Shown here piece by piece: positions 10,864 through 24,916 of a DNA stretch of 64,000 bases (within the stretch, counting starts at the first letter, position 1; each line of letters begins with the position of its first letter). The stretch comes from Macrostomum hystrix (lineage: Eukaryota; Animalia; Platyhelminthes): NCBI GenBank assembly GCA_950097015.1, contig CATNEN010000002.1, positions 6,262,001 to 6,326,000 on the forward strand, given 5' to 3'. Position numbers and translations under genes: made by a program. The notes under the pieces are model-generated. The model made no database searches. It saw only the letters and a list, made by a program, of their open reading frames with translations, and was not told the origin of the DNA.

Positions 10864-11215
10864 GGCACTGAGGTACTCCACTGCTGCTGCTGCTGCTGCT
10901 ACTGTGGTCTTTGGGCTGAACCTCATGAAGCTGTTCTGAAGCTCCAATTTATGTTTAACTGTGAGCTCACTGGGTACGTGTCTTCTTGGCTGCTCACAGG
11001 TCTCACCTTCATGATTGCTCTCAACCCAGTTGCGTGTGTCTGACGTCACACTTGAAATTAAACAGAATCGTTTAAAATTTTTCGTTCCTTACTTTGATGT
11101 ACCAAGTAATTTTACATCGATAGAATATTATTGCTGCATCCAATCCAGTATTTATTTTTTTGCTGTTAAATCCTGTTCCTGTTCCAATGACATGAACGCA
11201 TCAAACAACTCTGAT
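10864..11215 (+). pseudogene. Orphan relic of a paralogous last exon plus 3' UTR (copies at ~23191-23545 and ~45924-46275)
   Basis: gcactgag..ctccactgctgctgct..actgtggtctttgggctgaacctcatgaagctgttctga encodes ...AAAAAATVVFGLNLMKLF*, matching the A exon 9 end. The downstream sequence aligns patchily with the A 3' flank (gtgtctga.gtcacactt, ccagtatttatt). Confidence 0.7.
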
Positions 11216-11407
11216 GCAGCGTAGCGAGTGTCTATGGCCATTATTTTAGCCTTGCGAATGGGGGTGGATGGGTGTTCTCTGGGTAGCTTGTGCCATAGAC
11301 TAAGATAATTGAGGTCAAAACTCAAGAAGAAGAAGTGGGCAAGAAAAAGAAGCGAGAAAGTGATCGCAGAAGAGCTGCAGAACACTTGAAGAGTTTGAAA
11401 GGAGATC

Positions 11408-11870
11408 ATGGCGCCTATTAACTGGTCTCATTTGCCTGTGGATTCCCTGGACGGAGTTACGAGTAGTGAATTACGAGTATCGTATCGTTACTTACGGAGC
11501 TGAGTAACAAGGCGCATCAGGACGATGCTGAACTTCAGGAATTCATCAACTTTTTGACCAACCAGAGTGGACGTTGGAGAGCTTTCTGACCTACCGGTCG
11601 ATGAAGTGACTCTTAATCTGGACGCCGCTGAGCTGGAATCCTTGCCCAAGACCACACTGGAGCAGATGAAGCACCAAGGTGAAGGCTTTGAGCCTTTTTT
11701 AAGGGAACAAACGTTCGAGGACTGTGCAACCATGGAGCCATGGAAGTTGAACGAATACTTGCGGTGCTCTACTATTTGGGCCTGAAGTAACAAATGGTGA
11801 ACCGTATTCGCCTGCTAGTCTGGCATGCATTCGGCCTGGTATCCAGAGGTTCCCTCATCTGAATGACAGC
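11408..11870 (+). mobile_element. Degenerate Crypton-like (DUF3504-type) 5' fragment (shorter copies ~23737-24090 and ~46470-46823)
   Basis: PKTTLEQMKH...FEPFLREQ...TMEPWKLNEYL followed, after frameshifts, by NGEPYSPASLACIRPGIQRF. This resembles the N-terminal half of Crypton/ZMYM-type YR proteins; recognised by eye only. Confidence 0.45.
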
Positions 11871-12043
11871 TGTTAAAGGTAATCAAAATGATCTATTACC
11901 ACGTGTGGCAGTGCATACTCGTAGTAGGATTTTTGACAGTGTCTATGGCCAAGAATGGTGGCAAAGGCTGAAAAAAATGGCCGCGTGGGCATGACATTAT
12001 TTACCAGTGTGTCATGCATACAATGTCCAATACAATACAATGT

Positions 12044-12275
12044 GTTGGTGAGCAGGGTGTGTCGGTGAGCAGGGTGTGTTGGTGAGCAGGGTGTGTCGGT
12101 GAGCAGGGTGTGTCGGTGAGCAGGGTGTTTCGGTGAGCAGGGTGTGTCGGTGAGCAGGGTGTGTCGGTGAGCAGGGTGTGTCGGTGAGCAGGGTGTGTCG
12201 GTGAGCAGGGTATGTCGGTGAGCAGGGTGTGTCGGTGAGCAGGGTGTGTCGGTGAGCAGGGTGTTCGGTGAGCAG
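12044..12275. repeat. 17-bp minisatellite (GGTGAGCAGGGTGTGTC)n; copy 47190-47312; absent from U2
   Basis: About 13 and 7 units. Confidence 0.95.
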
Positions 12276-12762
12276 ACAATCACCGAGCTGTCCCTGTACT
12301 CAGCAATGTCACTGTACTCAGCGGTTGAAGTTATTCACAATATATGCTAAAATAATTATCATTTGTTATTATTTGTCGCTATTGTAATTATTCTGATATT
12401 TACTGATATATTCAGGAAATTTTTTTATTTGCGCACGCACGAAAATCGGTTAGGCGATTTAGCTGACCGATCATTGCACGATTTTTGCACCCCTAATCTA
12501 CCCGCTACGGTCACTTGATTCACTGCCGGCGACTCTGAGGAGCTGTCTATGGCCCATAGTGGTAGAGAGTGGCGGACAGTTCGTACAGAGATTGGCACAG
12601 GGAAAACAGGCCAAGTGATTAGTTTCTGGCCTATTCTGTTTGCTTGTTTCCTGTTCTGTTTTACTCTTTTCATGGATGGCTGAGGCAATCGAACCCCAGA
12701 GAAGAGAGCTGCAGTTGTCTTGGACTGTAAAGCGAATCCGATTCCAGCCTTTCTTTGTTCTT

Positions 12763-12979
12763 ACAGTGACAGTGACAGTGACAGTGACAGTGACAGTAAC
12801 AGTGACAGTGACAGTGACAGTGACAGTGACAGTGACAGTGACAGTGACAGTGACAGTGACAGTGACAGTGACAGTGACAGTGACAGTGACAGTGACAGTG
12901 ACAGTGACAGTGACAGTGACAGTGACAGTGACAGTGACAGTCACAGTGACAGTGACAGTGAACAGTGACAGTGACAGTG
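12763..12979. repeat. (ACAGTG)n microsatellite, unit 1; copy 24597-24861 in unit 2
   Basis: About 36 and 44 hexamers with identical flanks. Confidence 0.98.
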
Positions 12980-13149
12980 AGGTCAGTGCAGATGAAGGAA
13001 AACAAATCAGCACGTAAAATGATTAACAAAGGTATGAGGGTTGTGACATAAATTCGCTGACACTGCAGATATCAAATAAACAAAACAAAGAACAGCTAAT
13101 TGACAAGATTGCACTTCTCAACATAGTCACCCCCAAGCTGCACACATTG

Positions 13150-15290
13150 CTGCAGTGCTGCAGTGGGGTGGTCCATGCCAAGGTGTCATCCTGGCTCACA
13201 GGTGCTACAGTGGGGTGGTCTATGCCAAGGTGTCACCCTGGCTCACAGGTGCTGCAGTGGGGTGGTCTATGCCAAGGTGTCATCCTGGCTCACAGGTGCT
13301 GCAGTGGGGTGGTCCATGCCAAGGTGTCATCCTGGCTCACAGGTGCTACAGTGGGGTGGTCTATGCCAAGGTGTCACCCTGGCTCACAGGTGCTGCAGTG
13401 GGGTGGTCTATGCCAAGGTGTCATCCTGGCTCACAGGTGCTGCAGTGGGGTGGTCCATGCCAAGGTGTCATCCTGGCTCACAGGTGCTACAGTGGGGTGG
13501 TCTATGCCAAGGTGTCACCCTGGCTCACAGGTGCTGCAGTGGGGTGGTCTATGCCAAGGTGTCATCCTGGCTCACAGGTGCTGCAGTGGGTAGTCCATGC
13601 CAAGGTGTCACCCTGGCTCACAGGTGCTACAGTGGGGTGGTTATGCCAAGGTTTCATCCTGGCTCACAGGTGCTGCAATGGGGTGGTCCATGCCAAGGTG
13701 TCATCCTGGCTCACAGGTGCTACAGTGGGGTGGTCCATGCCAAGGTGTCATCCTGGCTCACAGGTGCTACAGTGGGGTGGTCCATGCCAAGGTTTCATCC
13801 TGGCTCACAGGTGCTGCAGTGGGGTGGTCCATGCCAAGGTGTCACCCTGGCTCACAGGTGCTGCAGTGGGGTGGTCCATGCCAAGGTGTCATGCTGGCTC
13901 ACAGGTGCTGCAGTGGGGTGGTCCATGCCAAGGTGTCATCCTGGCTCACAGGTGCTGCAGTGGGGTGGTCCATGCCAAGGTGTCATCCTGGCTCACAGGT
14001 GCTGCAGTGGGGTGGTCTATGCCAAGGTGTCATCCTGGCTCACAGGTGCTGCAGTGGGTAGTCCATGCCAAGGTGTCACCCTGGCTCACAGGTGCTGCAG
14101 TGGGGTGGTCCATGACAAGGTTTCATCCTGGCTCACAGGTGCTGCAGTGGGGTGGTCCATGCCAAGGTGTCACCCTGGCTCACAGGTGCTGCAGTGGGGT
14201 GGTCCATGCCAAGGTGTCATGCTGGCTCACAGGTGCTGCAATGGGGTGGTCCATGCCAAGGTGTCATCCTGGCTCACAGGTGCTACAGTGGGGTGGTCCA
14301 TGCCAAGGTGTCATCCTGGCTCACAGGTGCTACAGTGGGGTGGTCCATGCCAAGGTTTCATCCTGGCTCACAGGTGCTGCAGTGGGGTGGTCCATGCCAA
14401 GGTGTCACCCTGGCTCACAGGTGCTGCAGTGGGGTGGTCCATGCCAAGGTGTCATGCTGGCTCACAGGTGCTGCAGTGGGGTGGTCCATGCCAAGGTGTC
14501 ATCCTGGCTCACAGGTGCTGCAGTGGGGTGGTCCATGCCAAGGTGTCATCCTGGCTCACAGGTGCTGCAGTGGGGTGGTCTATGCCAAGGTGTCATCCTG
14601 GCTCACAGGTGCTGCAGTGGGTAGTCCATGCCAAGGTGTCACCCTGGCTCACAGGTGCTGCAGTGGGGTGGTCCATGACAAGGTTTCATCCTGGCTCACA
14701 GGTGCTGCAGTGGGGTGGTCCATGCCAAGGTGTCATCCTGGCTCACAGGTGCTACAGTGGGGTGGTCCATGCCAAGGTGTCATGCTGGCTCACAGGTGCT
14801 ACAGTGGGGTGGTCCATGCCAAGGTTTCATCCTGGCTCACAGGTGCTGCAGTGGGGTGGTCCATGCCAAGGTGTCACCCTGGCTCACAGGTGCTGCAGTG
14901 GGGTGGTCCATGCCAAGGTGTCATGCTGGCTCACAGGTGCTGCAGTGGGGTGGTCCATGCCAAGGTTTCATCCTGGCTCACAGGTGCTGCAGTGGGGTGG
15001 TCCATGCCAAGGTGTCATCCTGGCTCACAGGTGCTACAGTGGGGTGGTCCATGCCAAGGTGTCATGCTGGCTCACAGGTGCTACAATGGGGTGGTCCATG
15101 CCAAGGTGTCATCCTGGCTCACAGGTGCTGCAGAGGGGTGGTCCATGCCAAGGTGTCATCCTGGCTCACAGGTGCTGCAGTGGGGTGGTCCATGCCAAGG
15201 TGTCATCCTGGCTCACAGGTGCTGCAGTGGGGTGGTCCATGCCAAGGTGTCATCCTGGCTCACAGGTGCTGCAGTGGGGTGGTCCATGCC
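13150..15290. repeat. 47-bp minisatellite (TGGGGTGGTCCATGCCAAGGTGTCATCCTGGCTCACAGGTGCTGCAG)n; copies 26606-27128, 53788-54922
   Basis: About 45, 11 and 24 units. Confidence 0.97.
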
Positions 15291-16135
15291 GAGGCAGTCA
15301 ATACTGTTCGCTTCAATTCAGCCCCATGTCCACGGCTGAAGAGGCTGAATTATATTCAATTTCGCTAAGCATTCGCCACAGAGTTTTTAGCTCAGTTGCC
15401 TTGACACTACTTTAAGCGGTGCAGCGTAAATATGCACGGAAAAAAATAATAAACCAATCTAAAAAGTGAGGTAAATAGAACATATTTCACTTAAGACATC
15501 CCTTTAAGTCCCTTAAAGTTGTCAGTTAGTTGGCAAAGTGTCTGAAACACTCGCTGAAGGCCAGTGCTGGTTGTTTATGTCATCAACAGGTGCTGTTTTA
15601 ATATTTTGAAATAAAAATGCAAAAAGCACGATGTTGGCCTTATTACGAGGATAAAAAGCGAAATCAAAGTTATAGGGGAATGAGAAAGCGAGGAAAAAAA
15701 CGATTACACAAAAATATACTTAATTTGCATTTTAGGTCGCGCCTACAGTACATACTCGAACTGCAACACTGGTCTGAGGATTCAGTTGCAGTCTCTCTGT
15801 GTCATCTCTATTTTAAAACTCGCAGGTGTTTCTGCTGCGTCTCTATTGTCTTGCACCATTAAGCCCTCAAGTGTGACATTCAAAAGTAGCTTTTCTATTT
15901 TTATCCTTGCCTTGCGTCTCTAAAATGCCTAAAAATCTAAAATTGAAAGTTATCAATGTTGGCCAAGTTTCCTTTGAACATTCGCTGCAAGGACCACTAT
16001 AGTAGTCAGTAGTCTACTTTAGTCCTTGATTCGCTATAAGCCAGTGCAGGTTGTTTAGCTTATCATTATTAGCGTTAATGTCTCTCTCTGAGCATACTCA
16101 CTGTGAGATTGTCAAGCCAAGGACCACAATATTAC

Positions 16136-16432
16136 ACAGGTACAGGTACAGACTTTCATTTATCCCACATGTACACACTTTCATTCATCCCACAGGTACA
16201 GACTTTCATTTATCCCACAGGTACAGACTTTCATTCATCCCACAGTTACAGACTTTCATTCACCCTACAGGTACAGACTTTCATTTATCCCACAGGTACA
16301 CACTTTCATTTCTCCCACAGGTACACACTTTCATTCATCCCACAGGTACACACTTTCATTTCTCCCACAGGTACACACTTTCATTTATCGCACAGGTACA
16401 GACTTTCATTTATCGCACAGGTACAGACTTTG
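16136..16432. repeat. 25-bp intergenic minisatellite, unit 2
   Basis: About 12 units. Confidence 0.95.
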
Positions 16433-17441
16433 ATTTAAGAATACCAAAACACAAAAGCATGTCATAAATATCTGCTCACGAATAGTTTTGGCATTTCGTG
16501 CACTTTGTCGAGTCTTGAGTCCGTTATAGAAGTGACGATGTGGTCTCAAAATATCTGGCCCAGCAGCAGACCCTCAAAGCCCAGGTAAAAACGTCATTCG
16601 AGTCTTTAATAAGGCACCTCCAGAAATGCCACACTTGCGTCAGAAGCGGAAAATGCCTTGGCTTGCCCTGGAGAATTGAGCAGGATGGCTTTTGTGAGAA
16701 CAACAGACCCCAGCCAGAGCACAAGCTGGCTGAGTGCTCAGGACTGACGCTTGCCAGTTGGAAACGACAAGGGTGGCTGGGGTGCTAGGTGGCTGGGGTG
16801 CAGAGGTTGCTGTCACTGCGCATTGTCTACCTTCACTCCGTGTCATCTCACAATGCTCACCTACTTTCGGAGATACAGTAAAGACTCATTGAGACAATGG
16901 CTATTTGAACTGTAGTGGGTTTCCAGTGAGAATAACTGCTATTGAGCACTGCTTAAGAGTTTGAGCAGTTACAATAGAAGGGCCTGAGCCATTGTCTTTG
17001 CAGGCAGGCTCAGCTATGGGACTCAGAAGATCGCCGCAGGCCCCGCTCTGAAAATGGCAATCGGCACAATGAGCACAATGGGCAGAATAGGCACAATGGC
17101 AATGAGTCTCAGCCATAAACTCAAAGCCAGCAGTCACTGTCCAGCTCTCTCAAAAATCTTGGCCTCATAAACAGTATTTTTGGTTTTTTCGGTTTGCATT
17201 TTCTGGTACGAAAGAAGGATACTTCGTCAGGTCTATTTTTGCTCGCAGTGACCGCTCTTGTGCCTGATTAAAGTGAAGGATTAGTGCGAATGGCGTCATT
17301 CTCACCTGGTTGCCAAGGAGACAGGATGCTGTTGCGCACAGCTCGGCGCGAGCATTTAAAGAGAGCCTCGAGCGGTGCTGCGAGATTTCTCAAGCCAGCT
17401 GCTCAACTCTCCTCACTGACTGCTCCACAGCTCGAATCTGC

Positions 17442-20400
17442 ATGGCCAGGCCTCCGCTGCTGCTGCTGCTGCTTCTCATCCTGACTGCCGTCAGCTTTGG
17501 TAAGTATTGCACCTGTGCTCACTGTCCTCACATGCACCTGTGCTCACTGTCCTCACATGCACCTGTGCTCACTGCCTCACATGCACCTGTGCTCACTGTC
17601 CTCACATGCACCTGTGCTCACTGCCCTCACATGCACCTGTGCTCACTGCCCTCACATGCACCTGTGCTCACTGTCCTCACATGCACCTGTGCTCACTGTC
17701 CTCACATGCACCTGTGCTCACTGTCCTCACATGCACCTGTGCTCACTGCCCTCACATGCACCTGTGCTCACTGCCCTCACATGCACCTGTGCTCACTGCC
17801 CTCACATGCACCTGTGCTCACTGCCCTCACATGCAACTATGCTCACTGCCCTCACATGCAACTATGCTCACTGCCCTCACATGCACCTGTGCTCACTGCC
17901 CTCACATGCACCTGTGCTCACTGCCCTCACATGCACCTGTGCTCACTGTCCTCACATGCACCTGTGCTCACTGTCCTCACATGCACCTGTGCTCACTGCC
18001 CTCACATGCACCTGTGCTCACTGCCCTCACATGCACCTGTGCTCACTGCCCTCACATGCAACTATGCTCACTGCCCTCACATGCAACTATGCTCACTGCC
18101 CTCACATGCACCTGTGCTCACTGCCCTCACATGCACCTGTGCTCACTGCCCTCACATGCACCTGTGCTCACTGCCCTCACATGCAACTGTGCTCACTGCC
18201 CTCACATGCACCTATGCTCACTGCCCTCACATGCTCTGCTGCACCTGTGCTCACTGCCCTCACATGCTCTGCTGCACCTGTGCTCACTGCCCTCACATGC
18301 TCTGCTGCACCTGTGCTCACTGCCCTCACATGCTCTGCTGCACCTGTGCTCACTGCCTCACACACACTCCTGATTGCAGACAGCTGTCAGGCCATCATCT
18401 GCTTCTCACGAAGCTGGACGTATTCAACAGACAACGGGACGGCTCTGGCCTGTGGGTCAGCCACTGCGTGCTACTCAGTTACATCCAATAGGGTGAGGCT
18501 GAAGGACCTTCTTGTTTGTTTTCTGCAATATCCTCTTTATTTATAACTTACGAATCGTATGTCGTGTTGGAACACATATAATATCTAATGTGTCCAGTGT
18601 GTACTTACTATAAGAACTTTATTTATTTATTATTAATTTATTAATTTTAAAGTCACTGAAATATTACTGGAAGTGGCTTGAGAGTTGCTAGCTGGTGTTT
18701 TAATTGGATGCGCAAACGAGACTGTAATTTGGCATACTGTGCATTCATTCCAGCAAAACTTTGCGGGCTGCACCAGCAATGGCCTGTGCGGCACGTATGC
18801 AGGCGAGGACTGCTACGTGTGCAGCACGGACTACTGCAACAGCATGACCCCCTCCTCCATCAGCTGCTTCCACCGCATAGGATCTTCCAGCAGCACCGAC
18901 AATGGAACTGTGGTCGCCTGCCACTCCGGGGTCTCAGCCTGTTACTCCTACATGGGATTCAATGGGATAGATGTGAGTTGAGCTGAGAAGCTAAACTAAA
19001 TTAGCTCTTGAAAAGGTGCGCGCGTTTCTGCAGTGAAATTCGCTTTTTTAAGAACTTTAAAAAAATAATTTCTTTAAATGTAACGTGTTGATGATAATGA
19101 TTTAAATTACCTTTTTTCTATTTCTCAATATGCAGAATGTTTGTTTTCATTGGGAGCAAAGTCTTTGTTTGTCAGCTGATTTGATTGCTAATGTTGCTGT
19201 GTACTTCAAGCGGGAGTTGATTTTGAGCTGACAGTCAATGACTTGCTGAACTCGCTCCTCGGGACCTTACTGAAGGATTGAACAACTGGGAGCGGCTGGC
19301 GAAGCGGAGGTGGTGGGTGAGGAATGAGCCCAGCGCTCAAGGTGAAGAATGGGATGTGGGAATTTCGACCTGTGCCTTTGATATTGTAGCCGCAATCAGG
19401 CAGCCTCAGCTATGCCGGCTGTGGCAACATCAGCACCAATGGCAATGTTCACCCGGTCACCTGCAACTCCAGCCTGTGCAACTCCCAAACACCGTCAGCC
19501 ATCAGCTGCTATGCGGCATCAAGATCTCCTGGTTCCACCAGCAACGGATCTGCGGTGCCCTGCCCTGCTGGATTCAAGACATGCCAGATCTATGAAATCA
19601 ACGCCTATACTTTGGTAATTCTCTCACCGGGGTGATTTAAATCTACAAAATCGCTTCTATTATTTAGAACAAGAAAATAAGTGAGCAAGACACCACATAA
19701 GACTGGAAGAATGAGCATGGCATCGAGTTAAGAAATAAATTCTGCTTTTGGTAACTAATCGGGTCCAACTGGGAATCAGGAAAACCGAATGAAAAAGCAG
19801 ACTAGCACCTGAGATCAGTGGCAGAACTCAGTGTGACAGAGCTCAGATAAAACCAGAATGCAAGCAAATGAGCCGTCGATTGCGCCACTCTGTACTTCAG
19901 GATAGACCCAGCTATTATCGTGCTGACTGCGGCTCCTGCAACTCCACCGCGAATCCATCATGCGTGACCTGCAGCTCTGACCTGTGCAACTTAGCGACTC
20001 CTTCAGCCATCAGCTGCTATAAAAGAGCACTAAGTAGTGGGAGTGCGACCAGCAATGGACAGCCCGAAGCTTGTCAGCATGGAATTAGCACCTGCTATTC
20101 GTTTGCTGCTTTCTATGCCTATCAATTTTTTGTTTATGTAAGTTCCGATTATGAATGAGCTTTTCTGCCTACACATTCCACATGTAGTGCAAAAACTACT
20201 GCATAATACTACTCAATATTAGCTCATTTTCATTGTGAATATATGGACGATTTCAGAGTTTGAACTACTATGGCGGCTGCGGCGCCTGCAGCCCAGACAC
20301 GATTCCGTCATGTCAGACATGCACCGGTGACTACTGCAACACCATGGATACAGGAACTCTCACCTGCGCTATTATTAGAAACGGCTATGGCAATATCCAT

Positions 20401-22258
20401 GTCTCCTGTCCCAGAGGAATAAACAGCTGCTACTCACTCACCAAACCCATTGTGAGAAGCAGCTTTTACCTGTGAATATCAGCCAGGGTGCTCCGCTCTG
20501 ACCTCTGCCTCAAACATCAATCATTCCAGGGATGGCTGACAACCTATTCCTACAACCCCCTCGGTGGCTGCGGTGTCTGCACGCCGACAACAAGCGCCCT
20601 CTACGGCTGCACAATGTGCAACACCAGCAACTGCAACTCTGTGGCCCCAGCAACAACTGGCAGCCCAGCCAATCCGAGCGGAAACCCGACCAACTCGCCA
20701 AGCACAGGTACCGCAGCAGGTGGCTTCAGCTGCTACAATGGCTTCGGTGAGACTGGCGTCAGCAGCCCACAGACTGTCAGCTGTCTGTCAACAAGCACCT
20801 GCTTCGACTACATCTTTAGCTACGGAGTGAAGAATGTGAGAACAGCTTCAGTTATAAGGAACTGGACCTTTAGAGGGCTATCAAACGATCATTTTGAACT
20901 TACGAATGAATAACACGACCCACCAAACTAATATTTGTTTAAAGAATCAGCTGTTTCAATTGGTTTAATTGTACATTAAAATTACTTAAATAAGCCTGCT
21001 CAATCACACCAGCTCCATCCTCTCACCTGCAGTTCTACTTCTCAGCCTGCTCAATCACATCAGCTCCATCCTCTCACCTGCAGTTCTCCTTCTCAGCCTG
21101 CTCAGTCACATCCGCTCCATCCTCTCACCTGCAGTTCTACTTCTCAGCCTGCTCAATCACATCAGCACCATCCACTCACCTGCAGTTCTACTTCTCAGCC
21201 TGCTCAATCACATCAGCTCCATCCTCTCACCTGCAGTTCTCCTTCTCAGCCTGCTCAATCACATCTGCTCCATCCTCTCACCTGCAGTTCTACTTCTCAG
21301 GCTGCTCAATCACATCAGCTCCATCCTCTCACCTGCAGTTCTACTTCTCAGCCTGCTCAATCACATCCGCTCCATCCTCTCACCTGCAGTTCTCCTTCTC
21401 AGCCTGCTCAATCACATCCGCTCCATCCTCTCACCTGCAGTTCTCCTTCTCAGCCTGCTCAATCACATCCGCTCCATCCTCTCACCTGCAGTTCTACTTC
21501 TCAGCCTGCTCAATCACATCAGCTCCATCCTCTCACCTGCAGTTCTCCTTCTCAGCCTGCTCAATCACATCCGCTCCATCCTCTCACCTGCAGTTCTCCT
21601 TCTCAGCCTGCTCAATCACATCCGCTCCATCCTCTCACCTGCAGTTCTACTTCTCAGCCTGCTCAATCACATCAGCTCCATCCTCTCACCTGCAGTTCTA
21701 CTTCTCAGGCTGCTCAATCACATCAGCTCCATCCTCTCACCTGCAGTTCTACTTCTCAGGCTGCTCAATCACATCAGCTCCATCCTCTCACCTGCAGTTC
21801 TACTTCTCAGGCTGTGGCAGCTGTCCCTTCAGCAGCGGCGCCGACTGCCGCACCTGCAGCTCGAGCTTGTGCAACTCACCTCGGAGAAAGTCCGGCACGA
21901 GATGCTACTTCAGCTTCGGTGACAGTGCGCAGAGCAAATCCGTGGTCGACTGTCCGTCATCCAGCAGCTGCTTCAGCTACACCTACAATTACGGACTGGC
22001 CAAGGTGAGTTCTTGTGCTCAGCCTCATTCTGCTGTGAGTTCACATGAGTTTGAGCATTGCTGGTGATCTGCGAACCCGCGCATTTTCAGCTAGTCTTTG
22101 CCGGCTGCGGCAACTGCACTTTCGACAGCGGCACGACGAACTGCCGCACCTGCTTCACCGACCTCTGCAACTCGGGCTCCGCACTGGGCTGCTCCGCTGC
22201 TGCTGCTGCTGCTGCCGCTGCTGTGGTCTTTGGACTGAACCTCATGAAGCTCTTCTGA
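17442..22258 (+). CDS. Gene A2: paralog of A1, ~575 aa, 9 exons
   Basis: join(17442-17499,18380-18492,18754-18972,19390-19614,19901-20137,20257-20451,20530-20835,21798-22004,22091-22258). Same exon phases as A1, open frame of 1728 nt, Cys skeleton conserved. Confidence 0.85.
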
Positions 22259-24916
22259 AGCTTCATTTTCTGAGAAACTGTGAATTACGAGCTCGTATCA
22301 CGTGACTTTTTGCCTCAGTTTGACTGCCAACTCGCTTCTGCTCACTTCGGTTCACTTCTGAGCCACTGACAGGTCGCACTTTCAGGATTGCTGTCTGCCA
22401 GTTGGGAGTGTCTGATGTCACACTTTTATTTGAAACTGAATTATTCAAGGTTTCACGTTGCTGATTCGTTCCTCCTACAAATTATTTTTTTCTTGCTTTT
22501 CACATCACATGAATATTCAATACGTTTTCAACCCAGTATTTATTGATCCAGTTGAATCCAGCTCAAATCACATGTATCAACGGCTCTGAACAATGTCCAA
22601 CACGAATAATCAGAATTAAGCTTTTTATGTTTAGGTGACGTGAGGTGAATTTCCACTACCAAAATCTTTTTTTTTCAACTTCTTAAAGTCGAAATACCGC
22701 CCAAAATACACTGAAGTCAAAGTTAATTCATATCTAATCCATGATTTAAAGATTCAAAGCCAGTTCCCAAAAATTTAATAGTTTTCTGTTTGAGTGTAGC
22801 GAGTGAATTACTCACGAAACAATTGGCTTTTTGTGCGTATAATTAGCAGAGATTGTGTCCCGGAAATATTTTTTAGGTGTATTTTAGAGTATAATAAAAT
22901 ATTAGTTAAAATTTCACAACACACTACTCATAACAGTTCATAGTAGGATACTCTGTCCGTAAAAACAATAGTACGTAGTGCAACAGGAAACAAGTCAGTA
23001 CCATTTAATCTGCCAACTACACAGTAACGAGTACAAAATGGACACATCACACATTAGTCACGTTAAAATTAATTTACTTACCATTCGAAAGAAACCTTGA
23101 AATTTAAACAGCCTACTGCCGAACTCGTTAAATGCTGAATACTTTGACAGGCGGTACCCTGAAAAATTCCTGACATTTTTCAATAAATCTGGGGCACTGA
23201 GGTACTCCACTGCTGCTGCTGCTGCTGCTACTGTGGTCTTTGGGCTGAACCTCATGAAGCTGTTCTGAAGCTCCAATTTATGTTTAACTGTGAGCTCACT
23301 GGGTACGTGTCTTCTTGGCTGCTCACAGGTCTCACCTTCATGATTGCTCTCAACCCAGTTGCGTGTGTCTGACGTCACACTTGAAATTAAACTGAATCGT
23401 TTAAAAATTTTCGTTCCTTACTTTGATGTACCAAGTAATTTTACATCGATAGAATATTATTGCTGCATCCAATCCAGTATTTATTTTTTTGCTGTTAAAT
23501 CCTGTTCCTGTTCCAATGACATGAACGCATCAAACAACTCTGATGCAGCGTAGCGAGTGTCTATGGCCATTATTTTAGCCTTGCGAATGGGGGTGGATGG
23601 GTGTTCTCTGGGTAGCTTGTGCCATAGACTAAGATAATTGAGGTCAAAACTCAAGAAGAAGAAGTGGGCAAGAAAAAGAAGCGAGAAAGTGATCGCAGAA
23701 GAGCTGCAGAACACTTGAAGAGTTTGAAAGGAGATCATGGCGCCTATTAACTGGTCTCATTTGCCTGTGGATTCCCTGGACGGAGTTACGAGTAGTGAAT
23801 TACTAGTATCGTATCGTTACTTACGGAGCTGAGTAACAAGGCGCATCAGGACGATGCTGAACTTCAGGAATTCATCAACTTTTTGACCAACCAGAGTGGA
23901 CGTTGGAGAGCTTTCTGACCTACCGGTCGATGAAGTGACTCTTAATCTGGACGCCGCTGAGCTGGAATCCTTGCCCAAGACCACACTGGAGCAGATGAAG
24001 CACCAAGGTGAAGGCTTTGAGCCTTTTTTAAGGGAACAAACGTTCGAGGACTGTGCAACCATGGAGTCATGGAAGTTGAACGAATACTTTGGCAGCACTA
24101 CATTAAAACAATTAAGTCCCTGGAATGCTCAGAGAATTTTTAAACTACAGTTTCGAAAAATAAAATGTTTTTCCTAAAGAGTCTGCTGTGCTATTTGAGT
24201 GGGACAATTGCGATCAATCTAAAATTCTCTCTAACTAAAATACACACTTTTGTTTCAGAACAGTTAATAACAATATAAGTTGAAAAATAGAACATATTAA
24301 CATAATTTGCAGATCTGCCAATATAACGACTCACATTTATTCAAGTTGATCGCAACACTGAGTTGACTCTGAGGAGCTGTCTATGGCCCATAGTGGTAGA
24401 GAGTGGCGGACAGTTCGTACAGAGATTGGCACAGGGAAAACAGGCCAAGTGATTCGTTTCTGGCCTATTTTGTTTGCTTGTTTCCTGTTCTGTTTTACTC
24501 TTTTCATGGATGGCTGAGGCAATCGAACCCCAGAGAAGAGAGCTGCAGTTGTCTTGGACTGTAAAGCGAATCCGATTCCAGCCTTTCTTTGTTCTTACAG
24601 TGACAGTGACAGTGACAGTGACAGTGACAGTGACAGTGACAGTGACAGTGACAGTGACAGTGACAGTGACAGTGACAGTGGCAGTGACAGTGACAGTGAC
24701 AGTGACAGTGACAGTGACAGTGACAGTGACAGTGACAGTGACAGTGACAGTGACAGTGACAGTGACAGTGACAGTGACAGTGACAGTGACAGTGACAGTG
24801 ACAGTGACAGTGACAGTGACAGTGACAGTGACAGTGACAGTGAACAGTGACAGTGACAGTGAGGTCAGTGCAGATGAAGGAAAACAAATCAGCACGTAAA
24901 ATGATTAACAAAGGTA

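Noticed and set aside
13147-15415. Cys/Trp-rich ORFs up to 750 aa in the 47-bp array
   Set aside because: The unit is not a multiple of 3, all three frames give the same cyclic peptide, and copy number varies freely.
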